A stretch of DNA of 62,649 bases, the filler included, from an uncultured bacterium (GTDB lineage: Bacteria; B130-G9): assembly GCA_965372715.1 (NCBI GenBank). It is 3 parts of 3 records of this genome, joined end to end, with 100 filler letters (N's around TTAATTAATTAA, not from the genome) between each part and the next. Parts side by side here need not be neighbours in the genome. Positions count along the whole stretch, not along the records: positions 43,473 to 62,649 come from CBDVDH010000063.1; 2 more parts are not named here. One strand, 5' to 3'. Positions 47,257 to 57,469 of the stretch are shown here, piece by piece. Each line of letters opens with the position of its first letter. The stretch's first letter is position 1. The notes beneath the pieces were generated by a model. It saw only the letters and a list, made by a program, of their open reading frames with translations, had not been told where the DNA came from and ran no database searches. The position numbers and the translations under genes are program-made.

Positions 47257-48162
47257 TTATTCAGAAGGCGCCTTGCTCAACTTCTTCACCAAGGTGATCT
47301 CGTTGCCAGCCTCGTTCCAGGAAACCTCGTCCATATAGCACTGTATCAGCAAAATGCCGCGTCCGCTCGCATTGAAAATGTTCTCGGGCTGTGTTGGGTC
47401 CGGCAGATTGCGGTAGTCGAAGCCCTTGCCTTCGTCACGAACTGTGAAGCAGATGGCGTCATCTGAGGCCTCAGTCCCTAGGAATATCTTCCTGTTGCCA
47501 AGCGCTGGATCCGCCAAACGAGATAGCCTAAGACCGTCGAGGAGGCCCTCGGCCGTCGCCTCAACCTTCTCCTCTTGCGATATCTCGAGGTTCCCGTGCT
47601 CCATTGCGTTAGTCAGGGACTCTATAACTGCCAAATAGACGCCATCGTAAGACGGTGTCCCCTCTAGCCGCTTGGCGGCGATTCTGGCCGCGGATTCAAG
47701 AACTATCACGTTGTTAGGCAACACGAAAGTGCCGCTGGTGAGTACAGCAAGCGCCTCTTGATAGCTTATCTCGTGCTTCCGCCGCCCGAAGACCTTGGAC
47801 AAGAGCTGCGAAACACGCTCAAAATCAAACGGCTTCCTGATGAAATCTACTGCCCCGTTCCTGATGGCCTCGATGGCGAGGTCCAGCGTCGCGAAACCTG
47901 TCATTATCGCAACCGGGACATCCGTCTTCATCGCTTTCACTTTTTGAAGTAATTCCAGGCCATCAGTGCCCGGCATCATCAGGTCCGTGATCACGAAATC
48001 ATAGTCATTCTTCTCAAGAAGCGCAAGCGCTTCCTTTCCGGAGGCGGCGCAATCATGTCGGAAGCCCTGTCTGGTTATAAACTTCGCCAGGACAGTGCAA
48101 ACCGTCTCTTCGTCATCAACGATCAAGATTCGTTCGCTACTACGCATTCTGCTGCCCTCCAA
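47257..48162 (-). CDS. Response regulator fused to an RsbW-like HATPase_c domain
   Basis: VDDE, DLMMP, KPF; ESLTNAMEHGN, DEGKGFD, SGRGI. Confidence 0.9.
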   Translation of the reverse strand: MEGSRMRSSERILIVDDEETVCTVLAKFITRQGFRHDCAASGKEALALLEKNDYDFVITDLMMPGTDGLELLQKVKAMKTDVPVAIMTGFATLDLAIEAIRNGAVDFIRKPFDFERVSQLLSKVFGRRKHEISYQEALAVLTSGTFVLPNNVIVLESAARIAAKRLEGTPSYDGVYLAVIESLTNAMEHGNLEISQEEKVEATAEGLLDGLRLSRLADPALGNRKIFLGTEASDDAICFTVRDEGKGFDYRNLPDPTQPENIFNASGRGILLIQCYMDEVSWNEAGNEITLVKKLSKAPSE

Positions 48163-48312
48163 ACGGTCTGGCGCCCCAAGGTTTCATCCCGTGTCCCTCC
48201 CCAGAACCGAAGAGAGCCCAGAGATACCATTTGTCTTTGTTTCAGCCTATGCCGCGGTGCAAGGTTCCAAGAAACTCAACTGACCTTCTGTCAAATGATA
48301 TGAGCCCCGGAC

Positions 48313-49086
48313 TCAAATTGACCTGGGGTCTGACGGCCTTTCTCCGCCACCTGTCCTGGTCGGGGGGCCCCCAAATATGGGAATGCCGGGCAGCGGCAGA
48401 GACGAACGTCTTTTCGGCTTTTCGCCCACCACAAGCTTGCCCGATGGATGCAATACACCACCTGACACTATAAACTCAATCGCCTCCTTTACGGAGAGGT
48501 CAACGTATATCGCATCGTCCCGTTCGACCACAACCACCATACCCGATGTCGGGTTCGGGGATGTTGGAATGAAGATGTTAAGCTTGTTACCGCCGGCGAC
48601 ACCGCTCTCATCCTGGCCCACATCTTTCGTCACAAAGCCGAGCACCCACATCCGCTTGCGGGGATACTCGACAAGAACCACTTGCCTGAAAGCCGAAGAA
48701 GATGGCACCGTGAACGCCTCAACCAAGGTCTTCACCCCAGAGTATATGCTGCTTATCACGGGGATCCTCTCCAGCACGCGCTCGCCGAATTCAACCACCT
48801 TACGTCCCGCCAGGTTGGTCGTCACGAGGCCAACCACAAAGACCAAAGCCGCCAGCACGATGAGACCCAGGCCGGGCAGCGCTACCACCCGCGGCAGCGG
48901 AAGCGCAAGCGCAAGCTTCAAGAGATCATCAGTCCACTGGACGAGCTTGTACACGAGAAAGAACGTGAACGAGACCGGCACGAGCACCAACAGCCCAGCG
49001 GCGAAGATTCTGCGTATTCTTGACTTAGCTAGCTTCACAACGCAAAGAAACGTTGGTTGAGGTCTAAACGATATCTTCGCGGGCAA
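48313..49086 (-). CDS. DUF502 membrane protein (start uncertain)
   Basis: GLLVLVP, RIP..SIY, VEYPR, FIPTSPNPTSG, IVSGG. Confidence 0.9.
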   Translation of the reverse strand: MPAKISFRPQPTFLCVVKLAKSRIRRIFAAGLLVLVPVSFTFFLVYKLVQWTDDLLKLALALPLPRVVALPGLGLIVLAALVFVVGLVTTNLAGRKVVEFGERVLERIPVISSIYSGVKTLVEAFTVPSSSAFRQVVLVEYPRKRMWVLGFVTKDVGQDESGVAGGNKLNIFIPTSPNPTSGMVVVVERDDAIYVDLSVKEAIEFIVSGGVLHPSGKLVVGEKPKRRSSLPLPGIPIFGGPPTRTGGGERPSDPRSI

Positions 49087-49633
49087 GCTATCAGATGGTG
49101 GGAGATTTCGTCAAGCGCTCTGGCGAAGCTTCCGCAAAAGGGAGACAGGTAATGATCTTTCATGGGGCGTGGTGTTCGGCTAAACACGCCTGAATCCAGA
49201 TTGATCCCCGATAGACTCCATTGGAGTTGGGTTCGGGAGGAGACTCGCATCTTTGAGAGCAGAGAATGGACGCAAGGCGACAATTGAGGCGAGCTCTGTC
49301 AGGCCCGAGGCCCCGTCTAGTGGGCTTTGTGGGGGCGGATTCGCGCGGGCGCCCGCTGGCGCCGCTACTGCTTCCTTGATCGCGGGGGCGCTAAAGGGTT
49401 ATTTTACTGTCCAAACGGTGAGAGCGGCTGGACGCAAGCGCAGGCGAGTGGGCAGGTTACCCGCTGGAGCAATTCTGGAAAGCGATGGACCACGATGCGA
49501 CCAAGTTGATCCTGAGCGCAACTTCGCTGAAGACGCTGCCAGCCTGGCAGCGATCGAACTGAGGCGAGTAAATGGCGCCGGCCGAGCCCGCTAGTTGAGG
49601 CATAGTATCCTTGATGAAAAGAGGAGCTAGTTG

Positions 49634-50812
49634 GTGAAGATACCGAGGATTCTCTACTTGTGTCCCGACGAGGGCATAGACCTCTTCGGAACGAGAGGAT
49701 GCAGCACTCACCTGCGCGAGATGTGCAGAGCCTTCAAATCCCTTGGCTGCGATTTGAAGCTCCTCACTGCAGGCGATCTGGGGCCCACGGACCGTTCTTT
49801 CGACGTAGAATATGAGACGGTAGCCCCGTTCAGGTCAAAGAAGCTGGGTTGCGATCTGAGGAAGATCCTCGCTAACCAGCGACTTTTCAGGCGACTGCGT
49901 GGGTTGGTAGCGGATTTTGAGCCCGATCTCATCTACGAGCGATACGACCTTTACTCGACAGCGGCGGCAAAAATCGCCTCAAGCAAGGGGATACCGTACC
50001 TGCTCGAAGTCAATGCGCCGCTGATTGACGAGCAGCGCAATATCCTGCATTTTCCCCGCATTGCCGCTACATATCAGCGGCATACGTTCCGCAAAGCTGA
50101 CCTCCTGATTGGAGTTTCTGAGGAAATCTGCTCGATGCTGGAGAGCATTGCGCCGAAGAGCCGTGTTCTGCTGGTGGAAAATGGTGTGAACGAGGAAGTA
50201 TTCAATGCCGGCGTTTCGGGGACGCAAGTCAGGGAGAGACACGGCCTGAGCGACCAACTGGTTGTAGGATTCGTCGGCAGTTTGAAGGGCTGGCAGGGAG
50301 TCCGAACGCTGATCCGCGCCGCGTCAGTGCTGCTCGCCCAGCGTGATGATCTACGCTTTCTCGTTGTGGGCGGCGGTAACAATCTCCCCATCTACAAGGA
50401 GATGATTGACGAGGCGCGGCTCGCGGACAGGTTTCTACTAGTTAAACCCGCTCATCATGCCGAGATTCCCAGCTATATTGCAGCGTTTGACATCTGCGTC
50501 GCACCGTATGATCCAATGCCGAAGTTCTATTTCTCACCCATAAAGCTGCGGGAGTATATCTCCATGCGGAAGGCGATTGTGGCGTCGGACGTCCCAGCGA
50601 TAAGAAGAATCCTACGGCACGGTGTGGATGGTCTATTGGCAAAGCCCGGGGACGCGCAGGACCTGGTTGCGAAGATCACGCGCTTGCTCGACGATCCGGC
50701 CCTCAGAGAGGGCCTCGCTCGCTCCGCCCACGAGCGTCTCGCCGGCAAGCTCTCCTGGTCCAATTGTGCTCAGAGAATACTTGAGGCCGCAGAAGGCCTA
50801 CTTGGCGAATGA
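49634..50812 (+). CDS. Glycosyltransferase family 4
   Basis: IYERY, EVNAP, NGV, FVGS, SPIKLREY motifs. Confidence 0.92.
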   Translation: MKIPRILYLCPDEGIDLFGTRGCSTHLREMCRAFKSLGCDLKLLTAGDLGPTDRSFDVEYETVAPFRSKKLGCDLRKILANQRLFRRLRGLVADFEPDLIYERYDLYSTAAAKIASSKGIPYLLEVNAPLIDEQRNILHFPRIAATYQRHTFRKADLLIGVSEEICSMLESIAPKSRVLLVENGVNEEVFNAGVSGTQVRERHGLSDQLVVGFVGSLKGWQGVRTLIRAASVLLAQRDDLRFLVVGGGNNLPIYKEMIDEARLADRFLLVKPAHHAEIPSYIAAFDICVAPYDPMPKFYFSPIKLREYISMRKAIVASDVPAIRRILRHGVDGLLAKPGDAQDLVAKITRLLDDPALREGLARSAHERLAGKLSWSNCAQRILEAAEGLLGE

Positions 50813-50813
50813 G

Positions 50814-52058
50814 ATGATCGCCCTCGCACGCTGGAGATCAAAGCTGTCGCGCTGGGCGGATATCCTGCTTGAGCCTCTACTTATAGCTTTACTCCTTGTC
50901 ATCCCATTTGAGAAGCACACCGCCCAAATCCTCGATACCGCGGTCTTTGGCGCGCTTGGCGTTGTTGTGCTCATTCTCTTCGCTAAAGGGAGGACTGGGA
51001 AGATATGCACGCCGCTTGACATACCGATATTCGTGTTCGTCTTGATAGCAGTCCTGAGCACCATCTTCAGCGTTGACGCTATTATCTCATTGAAGTCGAT
51101 ACGGCGCACGTTGATCAAGTTTCTGTTCGTCTATTATCTGACGATTTATGGGGCGGGCAGCCTCAACAGGGTCAAGCGGCTGGTGTGTGCGTTCCTCATC
51201 GGATCAGTGGCCCTTTCCTCCTATGGGCTCTACACGTTCCTCTCCGGACACGGGATGCTTGATGGCCGGATTCGCTCCACATTCTACCATCCCACGCGTT
51301 TCGCCAACTACCTGGTCTTCGTCGCCGCAATCAGTTTCTCTCTTGTTGCGCACTATCGCTCGTCGCGAGGCATTCAGGCGCTCCTCTACGCCATCTTCGG
51401 GCTCGGCGCGTCGTGCCTGGTTCTGACCGCCTCGAGAGGCGCCAATCTGGGTTTCCTGCTGGGCTTTTTGCTCGTGTTTGGTCTGCGAGACAAGAGAGTA
51501 TGGGCGATGCTCGCCGTCATCGTTCTCATTTCGGTCGCCATTGTGCCATTTCAAAGCAACCACCTGCACTTCATGAAGGCAACAGAGTTCTTCTCTGGGA
51601 AACTAGGCATCGATGCGATCCTGGGCGAGCGACAGTTTCTATGGCGAAGCGGACTTTCGATGGCGAAGGACCACCCCGTATTGGGGATCGGCTACGGGAA
51701 GACATACAACCTCGTTTACGAGTCTCGATATGCGCTCGCAAGCGCCACACAGGATCACTCTTCCGCACACAACGTCTTGATCGAGATCGCACTAGAGATG
51801 GGGCCGCTAGGCCTCGCGGTTTTCCTCTGGCTCCACATTCTGATCTTCAAAGAGGCCTGGGGCCTTGCGCGAGACAGGAAGACCCGGAACACATTCACGC
51901 ATGCGCTTTCAGCGGGCATATTGATCGGGCTAATCGGAGTCACCTGCAACGGGATGGTCAACTACTTCTACAAAGACAGGCCAATACTCGTCTATTGGCT
52001 CTTCGTGGGCCTCGTCTTCAGCCTGAGGAGACTCACCCGCGCCAAGCGCACCGGTTAG
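50814..52058 (+). CDS. O-antigen ligase family protein
   Basis: Multiple TM helices; LTASRG, HPVLGIGYG, SAHN...E.G..G. Confidence 0.88.
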   Translation: MIALARWRSKLSRWADILLEPLLIALLLVIPFEKHTAQILDTAVFGALGVVVLILFAKGRTGKICTPLDIPIFVFVLIAVLSTIFSVDAIISLKSIRRTLIKFLFVYYLTIYGAGSLNRVKRLVCAFLIGSVALSSYGLYTFLSGHGMLDGRIRSTFYHPTRFANYLVFVAAISFSLVAHYRSSRGIQALLYAIFGLGASCLVLTASRGANLGFLLGFLLVFGLRDKRVWAMLAVIVLISVAIVPFQSNHLHFMKATEFFSGKLGIDAILGERQFLWRSGLSMAKDHPVLGIGYGKTYNLVYESRYALASATQDHSSAHNVLIEIALEMGPLGLAVFLWLHILIFKEAWGLARDRKTRNTFTHALSAGILIGLIGVTCNGMVNYFYKDRPILVYWLFVGLVFSLRRLTRAKRTG

Positions 52059-52140
52059 CCACGGACATACTCGCAGAAGATGCCTCGGTCGGCGTTTGAT
52101 GAACACAACTGCGCCCGCTGATGAACGCAGGAACTGGAGT

Positions 52141-52250
52141 GTAGGGGCGGTGCTTGCCCCGCCCAAAGGGCACAGAGGCACCGCACCAAGCAGGACCCCT
52201 TACTGGGCATTTACGGACAAGAGACGGGTGCAGCAAGCGGCACCCCTTCA
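52141..52250. repeat. GTAG-type REP cluster
   Basis: GTAGGGGCGGTGCTTGCCCCGCCC and GGGTGCAGCAAGCGGCACCCC between convergent genes. Confidence 0.8.
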
Positions 52251-52325
52251 GGACCTCCGTACCGTTCTACAGCCACAATCCTGTCATCAGCCCCAGGTGC
52301 TAGAAGCAGACGAGGCGGTGAAGAT

Positions 52326-53282
52326 CTATGTTTTCTTTGCGCCCTTCTCGGAACCAGCCTCCTTGAGGGTCTTCTCCGCGAGGGCCACCTCTTTCTTGCT
52401 GCCCAAATACACGGGGCACCGGTCCTGGATGCCCTCAGGCTCGACGTCGAGTATCCGCTTGGTCCCGTCGCTCGCTGCGCCGCCAGCCGCCTCAAGAATG
52501 AACGCCATCGGATTCGCCTCAAACATAAGCCTCAGCTTCCCCCTGGGCGAGCCGTCGAGCGCGGGATAAGTGAACAGGCCGCCGCCTTTCATAAGCACGT
52601 GATTAACGTCGGGGACCATTCCGCCACTGTAGCGAAGCTTGTAGCCGTCGTTCTTCAGCGCCTCAATGAAGGCCGAGTGACCGGGCGAGTATTTTCTCGC
52701 ATCGCCTCCTGGGCTGTATATCTTGCCGGACTCGTCCATCTTGACATCCTCTTGGCTCAACGTATATGAACCCAGCGGGTTGAGAGTGAACTCGTGCACG
52801 CGGCCTTCAAGCCCCAGCACCATCGTCGTCCTCGGGCCATAGAGCACAAACAGAGCAGCTATCTGCTCGCGTCCCGGACGAACCAACTCCTTGCCGGGGT
52901 ATATCGAGACTATCGTGCCAACGGCAAGGTTGACGTCAACCAGCGAGGACCCGTCGAGTGGATCGAAACAGACCGAATACTCCCCCGACTCCTTGAGGAA
53001 CGCGGAAAAGATGTTCTGCTGCTCCTCCGAGGCCATGTTGACGACGAGCCCACATTTGCTGAGGCGGCTGCTGATCAGCTCGTCAGACAAAACGTCCAGG
53101 GCCAACTGCTCCTCGCCGTAGATATTGCTTGTCCCCGCGAAGCCGAGTTCAGTCATCTTGATCGCGTAGTCGATGTACTTGGACGCGTCAGCAACCTCGC
53201 ATATCAATCCCCTGAGGGTTCCCTCGACTCCCTGTTCAAAGAGAAAAGATCGTAGCGCTTCGACCTTCCTAGTTAATGGCAT
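52326..53282 (-). CDS. fbp: Fructose-1,6-bisphosphatase class 1
   Basis: GEEQLALD, SEE, FDPLDGSS, LRYSGGMVPD, KLRLMFEANP. Confidence 0.96.
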   Translation of the reverse strand: MPLTRKVEALRSFLFEQGVEGTLRGLICEVADASKYIDYAIKMTELGFAGTSNIYGEEQLALDVLSDELISSRLSKCGLVVNMASEEQQNIFSAFLKESGEYSVCFDPLDGSSLVDVNLAVGTIVSIYPGKELVRPGREQIAALFVLYGPRTTMVLGLEGRVHEFTLNPLGSYTLSQEDVKMDESGKIYSPGGDARKYSPGHSAFIEALKNDGYKLRYSGGMVPDVNHVLMKGGGLFTYPALDGSPRGKLRLMFEANPMAFILEAAGGAASDGTKRILDVEPEGIQDRCPVYLGSKKEVALAEKTLKEAGSEKGAKKT

Positions 53283-53298
53283 GTCACTGCTCCTTAGC

Positions 53299-54684
53299 TC
53301 AGATGCTTTCTGGCCTTGCAGGCGGCGCGTCAACCCTCCGGACCTCAATCGAGACGAGCTGCTGTGTGTTCAGAGCGCCCAGCTTTTCGAACATGAACTC
53401 GAACCGTTCCTGCAAATCCTTGCAGATCGCCTCCCTCACAGACCTGTCTATACTCCATATCTTTTTCTTGAACGGGCCAAAACCCTTTTTGCGGGTCTTG
53501 TAGATGAACTGCTCGTCCGTCTGATCTTCTTTTCGTTCATTCGTGAGTGTCTTATGTATCCAGGCATATATCTCCTTCCTCAGATCCCCCGGGAACGCCT
53601 CGTGATCGTAGATCGTGTTCTGGAACCCCGTCGCCAAGTGAATCTCGGCCGTCTCAACCTGCGGGAACTTGTCGAACAGCTCGTCGGGCAGAGTCGAGGC
53701 GCCGTGCTGAACAGCGCCTGCCAGACCGTAGTTCTCCCTGCAAATAGCGGATAATTTCTCCAGTGTATCGAAATCAAGCGCGACCTCGGCAATGCTCCCG
53801 TCCGGCAAGGGGACCCCGCCGTGCGCTGTCCCAGTCTGGATAGCCATCTTGCTGATTCCGACGAGATCGTCACCCTTCTTGGCCAGTTCTTCGTGGAAAC
53901 CGTCCATATACGCGGCCAACTCCTCGGCTGTGCTGTTCTTGCCGCCGACCTCGCCTATCTCACCGCCCAGCGAGACAGTTACGCCCGCCGGCTCCTTGCT
54001 CCGGACGTAAGCGCAGAGCTCCGCCGCGAGCGTGAAGTTGTCACGTTGCTGCTCAAAGACGGTCTCCTTCGACAGGTCAACGAGAGTTGACGTGTCGAGG
54101 TCGATGTTGAGGAAGCCCCCAGCAATCGACTCGTCGATCAAGTCCTTGAGCTGCTGAACCTCGCGGGCCCGGCTCGCGCGATACGCTTTCGCTTTGACCT
54201 GGAAATGATCGCCCTGCATGAACAGCGGGCCCTTGAAGCCCTCCTTGATACCTGCGGCCGCAACAACCGCCGTGTATTCCATTGGACGTTGCTGCGTGTA
54301 TCCCATCTCAGATTTGGCTATCTCGAAGATCATCGCCCCAACGTGAAGCTTCTTTCTCGCTCGAAACACCGCCCGCGCAACGTCGTAAGTCAGGCCGCGA
54401 ATGTTGACGGCCGGGACAGCTACGCCGGTAAACTCATCACGTCCCCGGGCCTCGTATAGCTCCTGAATCGACGCCAACCACAGACCGAGCTTGTTGGCGG
54501 CCTCAACAATGACCCATCTCGCGACATCTCTTGTAGCCTGACTCTCCGCGAGCGCCGCGGTGAAGGCAAGTTCATCGATAAGCTCCCCCCTGAGCCGCTC
54601 CGGGTCCAGCACCTTGAACCCGTCTTCTATTTCGATGATATTACTGAGTGCACTTTTGAGATTGGCAAGACCTTCATAGACCAT
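53299..54684 (-). CDS. Class II fructose-bisphosphate aldolase-like protein
   Basis: VPAVN, QGDH, GEIGEVGG, GTAHGG, VQHGAS; operonic with fbp. Confidence 0.9.
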   Translation of the reverse strand: MVYEGLANLKSALSNIIEIEDGFKVLDPERLRGELIDELAFTAALAESQATRDVARWVIVEAANKLGLWLASIQELYEARGRDEFTGVAVPAVNIRGLTYDVARAVFRARKKLHVGAMIFEIAKSEMGYTQQRPMEYTAVVAAAGIKEGFKGPLFMQGDHFQVKAKAYRASRAREVQQLKDLIDESIAGGFLNIDLDTSTLVDLSKETVFEQQRDNFTLAAELCAYVRSKEPAGVTVSLGGEIGEVGGKNSTAEELAAYMDGFHEELAKKGDDLVGISKMAIQTGTAHGGVPLPDGSIAEVALDFDTLEKLSAICRENYGLAGAVQHGASTLPDELFDKFPQVETAEIHLATGFQNTIYDHEAFPGDLRKEIYAWIHKTLTNERKEDQTDEQFIYKTRKKGFGPFKKKIWSIDRSVREAICKDLQERFEFMFEKLGALNTQQLVSIEVRRVDAPPARPESI

Positions 54685-54926
54685 CGGTGTGACCTCCCGC
54701 CTCATTTCTAGGTTCCCAAGCCGCACGGATTATAAGCTTAACACATCATAGGCCAACGCCCCGAATCGTGTCAACCGTCGCAAAGCGAGATGGATTCTCC
54801 CAGGGACCAAGACCGGTGACCCGGTGGGCCCACCCCAGTCAAGAAAACTGCTGCTGGCCAAATGTCGTCGTCCGCGGAACGCTGCCGCGCGGTTTCTAGA
54901 CCAATGGCAGCCAAGCGCCTTCAGGC

Positions 54927-55370
54927 CTATTCTTTGTCTGTGATGGGCTCGTATCTGACACCCTCGGCTGGCGCCAAATACCAAAGACCACATATCTTCT
55001 TTCGGGAGTTGAACACCACCTTGTAGATGCGGTCTTTCTCCTCGAAGTCGCACTTGACGAACACTGCTATCATGCTTCCAGACTTCTCCGCCCGAACGCC
55101 AATCTGCCCCTTATAGACCCCACGTTTCTTGATGGCGTCCTCCCAATCACTCCGAAGCTCCTCAGCCGGCAGCCCCTTTTTCATCTTTCTCGTGAAGTTC
55201 TTGACGGCCAGATCGAAGTCGCCCTCCGCCATCGCGTCAACAAATCGCCGGGCCAAAACCGTGAGGTCCTCGGGCGGCGAGACCCGTCTTGCAGGCTTGC
55301 AGGAAGGGGAACACGAGATTGTCACAAATGCCACCGCCAACAGCAGCAAAAAAATCAGACAGCGTTTCAT
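54927..55370 (-). CDS. Single DUF3887-like domain lipoprotein
   Basis: Lipobox TISC; homologous to the repeats in the adjacent hydrolase. Confidence 0.75.
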   Translation of the reverse strand: MKRCLIFLLLLAVAFVTISCSPSCKPARRVSPPEDLTVLARRFVDAMAEGDFDLAVKNFTRKMKKGLPAEELRSDWEDAIKKRGVYKGQIGVRAEKSGSMIAVFVKCDFEEKDRIYKVVFNSRKKICGLWYLAPAEGVRYEPITDKE

Positions 55371-55383
55371 TACAGTTGCCTCC

Positions 55384-57426
55384 TTAGTGTTTATTAATCC
55401 AGCCTGCGATGTCCTCTATGACTTCCAATGCGATGTTCTCAGGGATGTCGTATTCGCTCGGCGTGCTCTTGCCCTGGCCCGTCCCGACCATGAAATGATG
55501 ATTGAGCTTCGGATAGAGCTTGAACGTTACATCCGCCCTGTTTGAGAGATGCTTTTTCCAGCCCTCAAAATCCTCAACTGTAACCTGGTAATCCCTGGCA
55601 CCTTGAAGGATCAGCATCGGCATATCAAGCGATTTCGCTGCCTCCGCCGGATTATAGCCCCGAAGGTCCAACCAGTCGGAGGCCGGAATACCAAGGGGGA
55701 GCTCGCTGGCCGGTGTGGTGGGAGAAAGGTCAGGATCCCTAACCCTGGCAACCTGTTTCTTCAGCGTCTCCAACTTCTCCTTATCCCTCTCGGACAGGTC
55801 GCCGTCAAGCGAGAGGAGGTATGGTATCTGCTCCAGAAGCAAATCCTCGGTCGGCCTAGTCGCGCCCGCCATCGAGATCAGCCCCGCGATATCCGGACCG
55901 CGCTTTCCGATTCTTGGGACGAGCTTGCCGCCCAGGCTGTGCCCAAGCACGAATATCCGTTTGGTATCTATGCGTTTAGTCCTTCGCAGAAGCTCCACTG
56001 CGGCCAGCGCATCATCGATCACCTCATCTTTTACGGTGAAGTCGTCCGCCCCGCCAACTTTCCCCCTATGAACCAGAGTGCGCTTGTCGTAGCGAAGCAC
56101 GGCTACGCCCCTGGTAGCGAGGCCCCAGGCCAGATCGCGGAACGGCTTGTGAGGGCCAAGCGTCTCGTCCCGGTCGTTTGGGCCAGAACCGTGGACAAGG
56201 ACCACCGCCGGAAATGGGCCGTCCCCATTCGGCACTGCCAATGTCCCCGGCAGCTCCCACTCGCCGCCCTTGCCAACGATTATTTCACTCTCTTTGAATG
56301 AACCCAGGTCTGCGTATTCGGGCGGCTTGTACTCACCGACCGGCTTGAACCACAGTCCGCCCACCTCTCCCCTGTCGTTGAAAACGACCTTTACGTCCAG
56401 CTTGGCTTTCTCGAATTCGCACGTCACATACACGCAGTCAAACCCGCCCTCGCGCTCAATTCTGCTGTCGATCCTTCGCTTGAGGGCGCCGTTCTTTGCC
56501 TCGAGCCCATCCCACGTATTCCGAAGCTCTTGCGCGGTCATTGCCTCTCTCATCTCGGCGCCAAACATCGCCGTCGCGCGGTCATAATCCGCCTTTGCCA
56601 GCAGTTCCACGAACTCCTGGCCGAGGCGCTCGACCCGATCATTGACGGGTCTGACCTTGGCGAGCCAGAACCCGGATATCTTGGCCTCGCGATCGATGAC
56701 AACCTTCAGATCGACCAGCGCCTTCTCGAATTCACACGTCACAAACACGGCGTCCATCCCTTGAAACCGCTCCGTCCAAGTCCCGCCTTGCCTCTCATAG
56801 GCCCCGTTGTCCTCAACCAAATCGCTCCAGACATGCGCAAGTCTCGCGGCCGGCATCTTCTCTGCCATTATGTCGTCAAGACACTTGACTGCGGCGTCGA
56901 AATCGCCTTTGGAAAGGAGATCAATGAAACTCCTGGCAAATCGGACAACCTCCTTGGCAGCCTCAGTTTCAACGCTACGCTGCTCCGTGAGTCTGACCGA
57001 GGTCTGGGCCACCGGCTCGTAGCTCATGGTCGGGTCGGGCTTCACGAACCAAAGCCCAGAGATCGCCCCATTCCTGTCCAGAACAACTTTGACGTCGAGC
57101 TTCGCCCTCTCGAACTCACACTTAACGAAGATACAGACAAAGCTCCCGCTTTCGGTCGCTCGGACGCCACCCAGACGGCGCAAGGGGCCGTTTCCAGAGA
57201 TGATTGATGCCCAGGTGTCCCCAAGCTCCTCAGCCGGCAGCGCCTCCTTCATTCCGCTTGTAAAGATCGCGGTGGCGCTCTCGAACTCACCAACAACCAT
57301 CGAATCTACGAATTGAAGCGCCAACTGTGTGAGGTCCTCCGGCGGCGGAATCGGCTGCTCCCGTCTGCACGACATTGTCATGCACAACAAGACAAGCAGC
57401 AATGCGGCAAGTAGATGTCGGCTCAC
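55384..57426 (-). CDS. Lipoprotein with three DUF3887-like repeats and an alpha/beta hydrolase domain
   Basis: Repeats ending V.CEFE.A..D.KVV....G.W; HGSGPNDRD, GHSLGG, RDYQV, LNHH. Confidence 0.9.
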   Translation of the reverse strand: MSRHLLAALLLVLLCMTMSCRREQPIPPPEDLTQLALQFVDSMVVGEFESATAIFTSGMKEALPAEELGDTWASIISGNGPLRRLGGVRATESGSFVCIFVKCEFERAKLDVKVVLDRNGAISGLWFVKPDPTMSYEPVAQTSVRLTEQRSVETEAAKEVVRFARSFIDLLSKGDFDAAVKCLDDIMAEKMPAARLAHVWSDLVEDNGAYERQGGTWTERFQGMDAVFVTCEFEKALVDLKVVIDREAKISGFWLAKVRPVNDRVERLGQEFVELLAKADYDRATAMFGAEMREAMTAQELRNTWDGLEAKNGALKRRIDSRIEREGGFDCVYVTCEFEKAKLDVKVVFNDRGEVGGLWFKPVGEYKPPEYADLGSFKESEIIVGKGGEWELPGTLAVPNGDGPFPAVVLVHGSGPNDRDETLGPHKPFRDLAWGLATRGVAVLRYDKRTLVHRGKVGGADDFTVKDEVIDDALAAVELLRRTKRIDTKRIFVLGHSLGGKLVPRIGKRGPDIAGLISMAGATRPTEDLLLEQIPYLLSLDGDLSERDKEKLETLKKQVARVRDPDLSPTTPASELPLGIPASDWLDLRGYNPAEAAKSLDMPMLILQGARDYQVTVEDFEGWKKHLSNRADVTFKLYPKLNHHFMVGTGQGKSTPSEYDIPENIALEVIEDIAGWINKH

Positions 57427-57469
57427 GATGAGTTCCTCTGTTTGTGGACGTTCATGCTTGACATGAGCA

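Noticed and set aside
49090-49625. Possible SRP or 6S RNA, or the 113-aa ORF, in the long divergent intergenic region
   Set aside because: GGAAGCAG occurs on the minus strand but the SRP CAGG..GNRA hairpin context is missing; the ORF has no recognisable features
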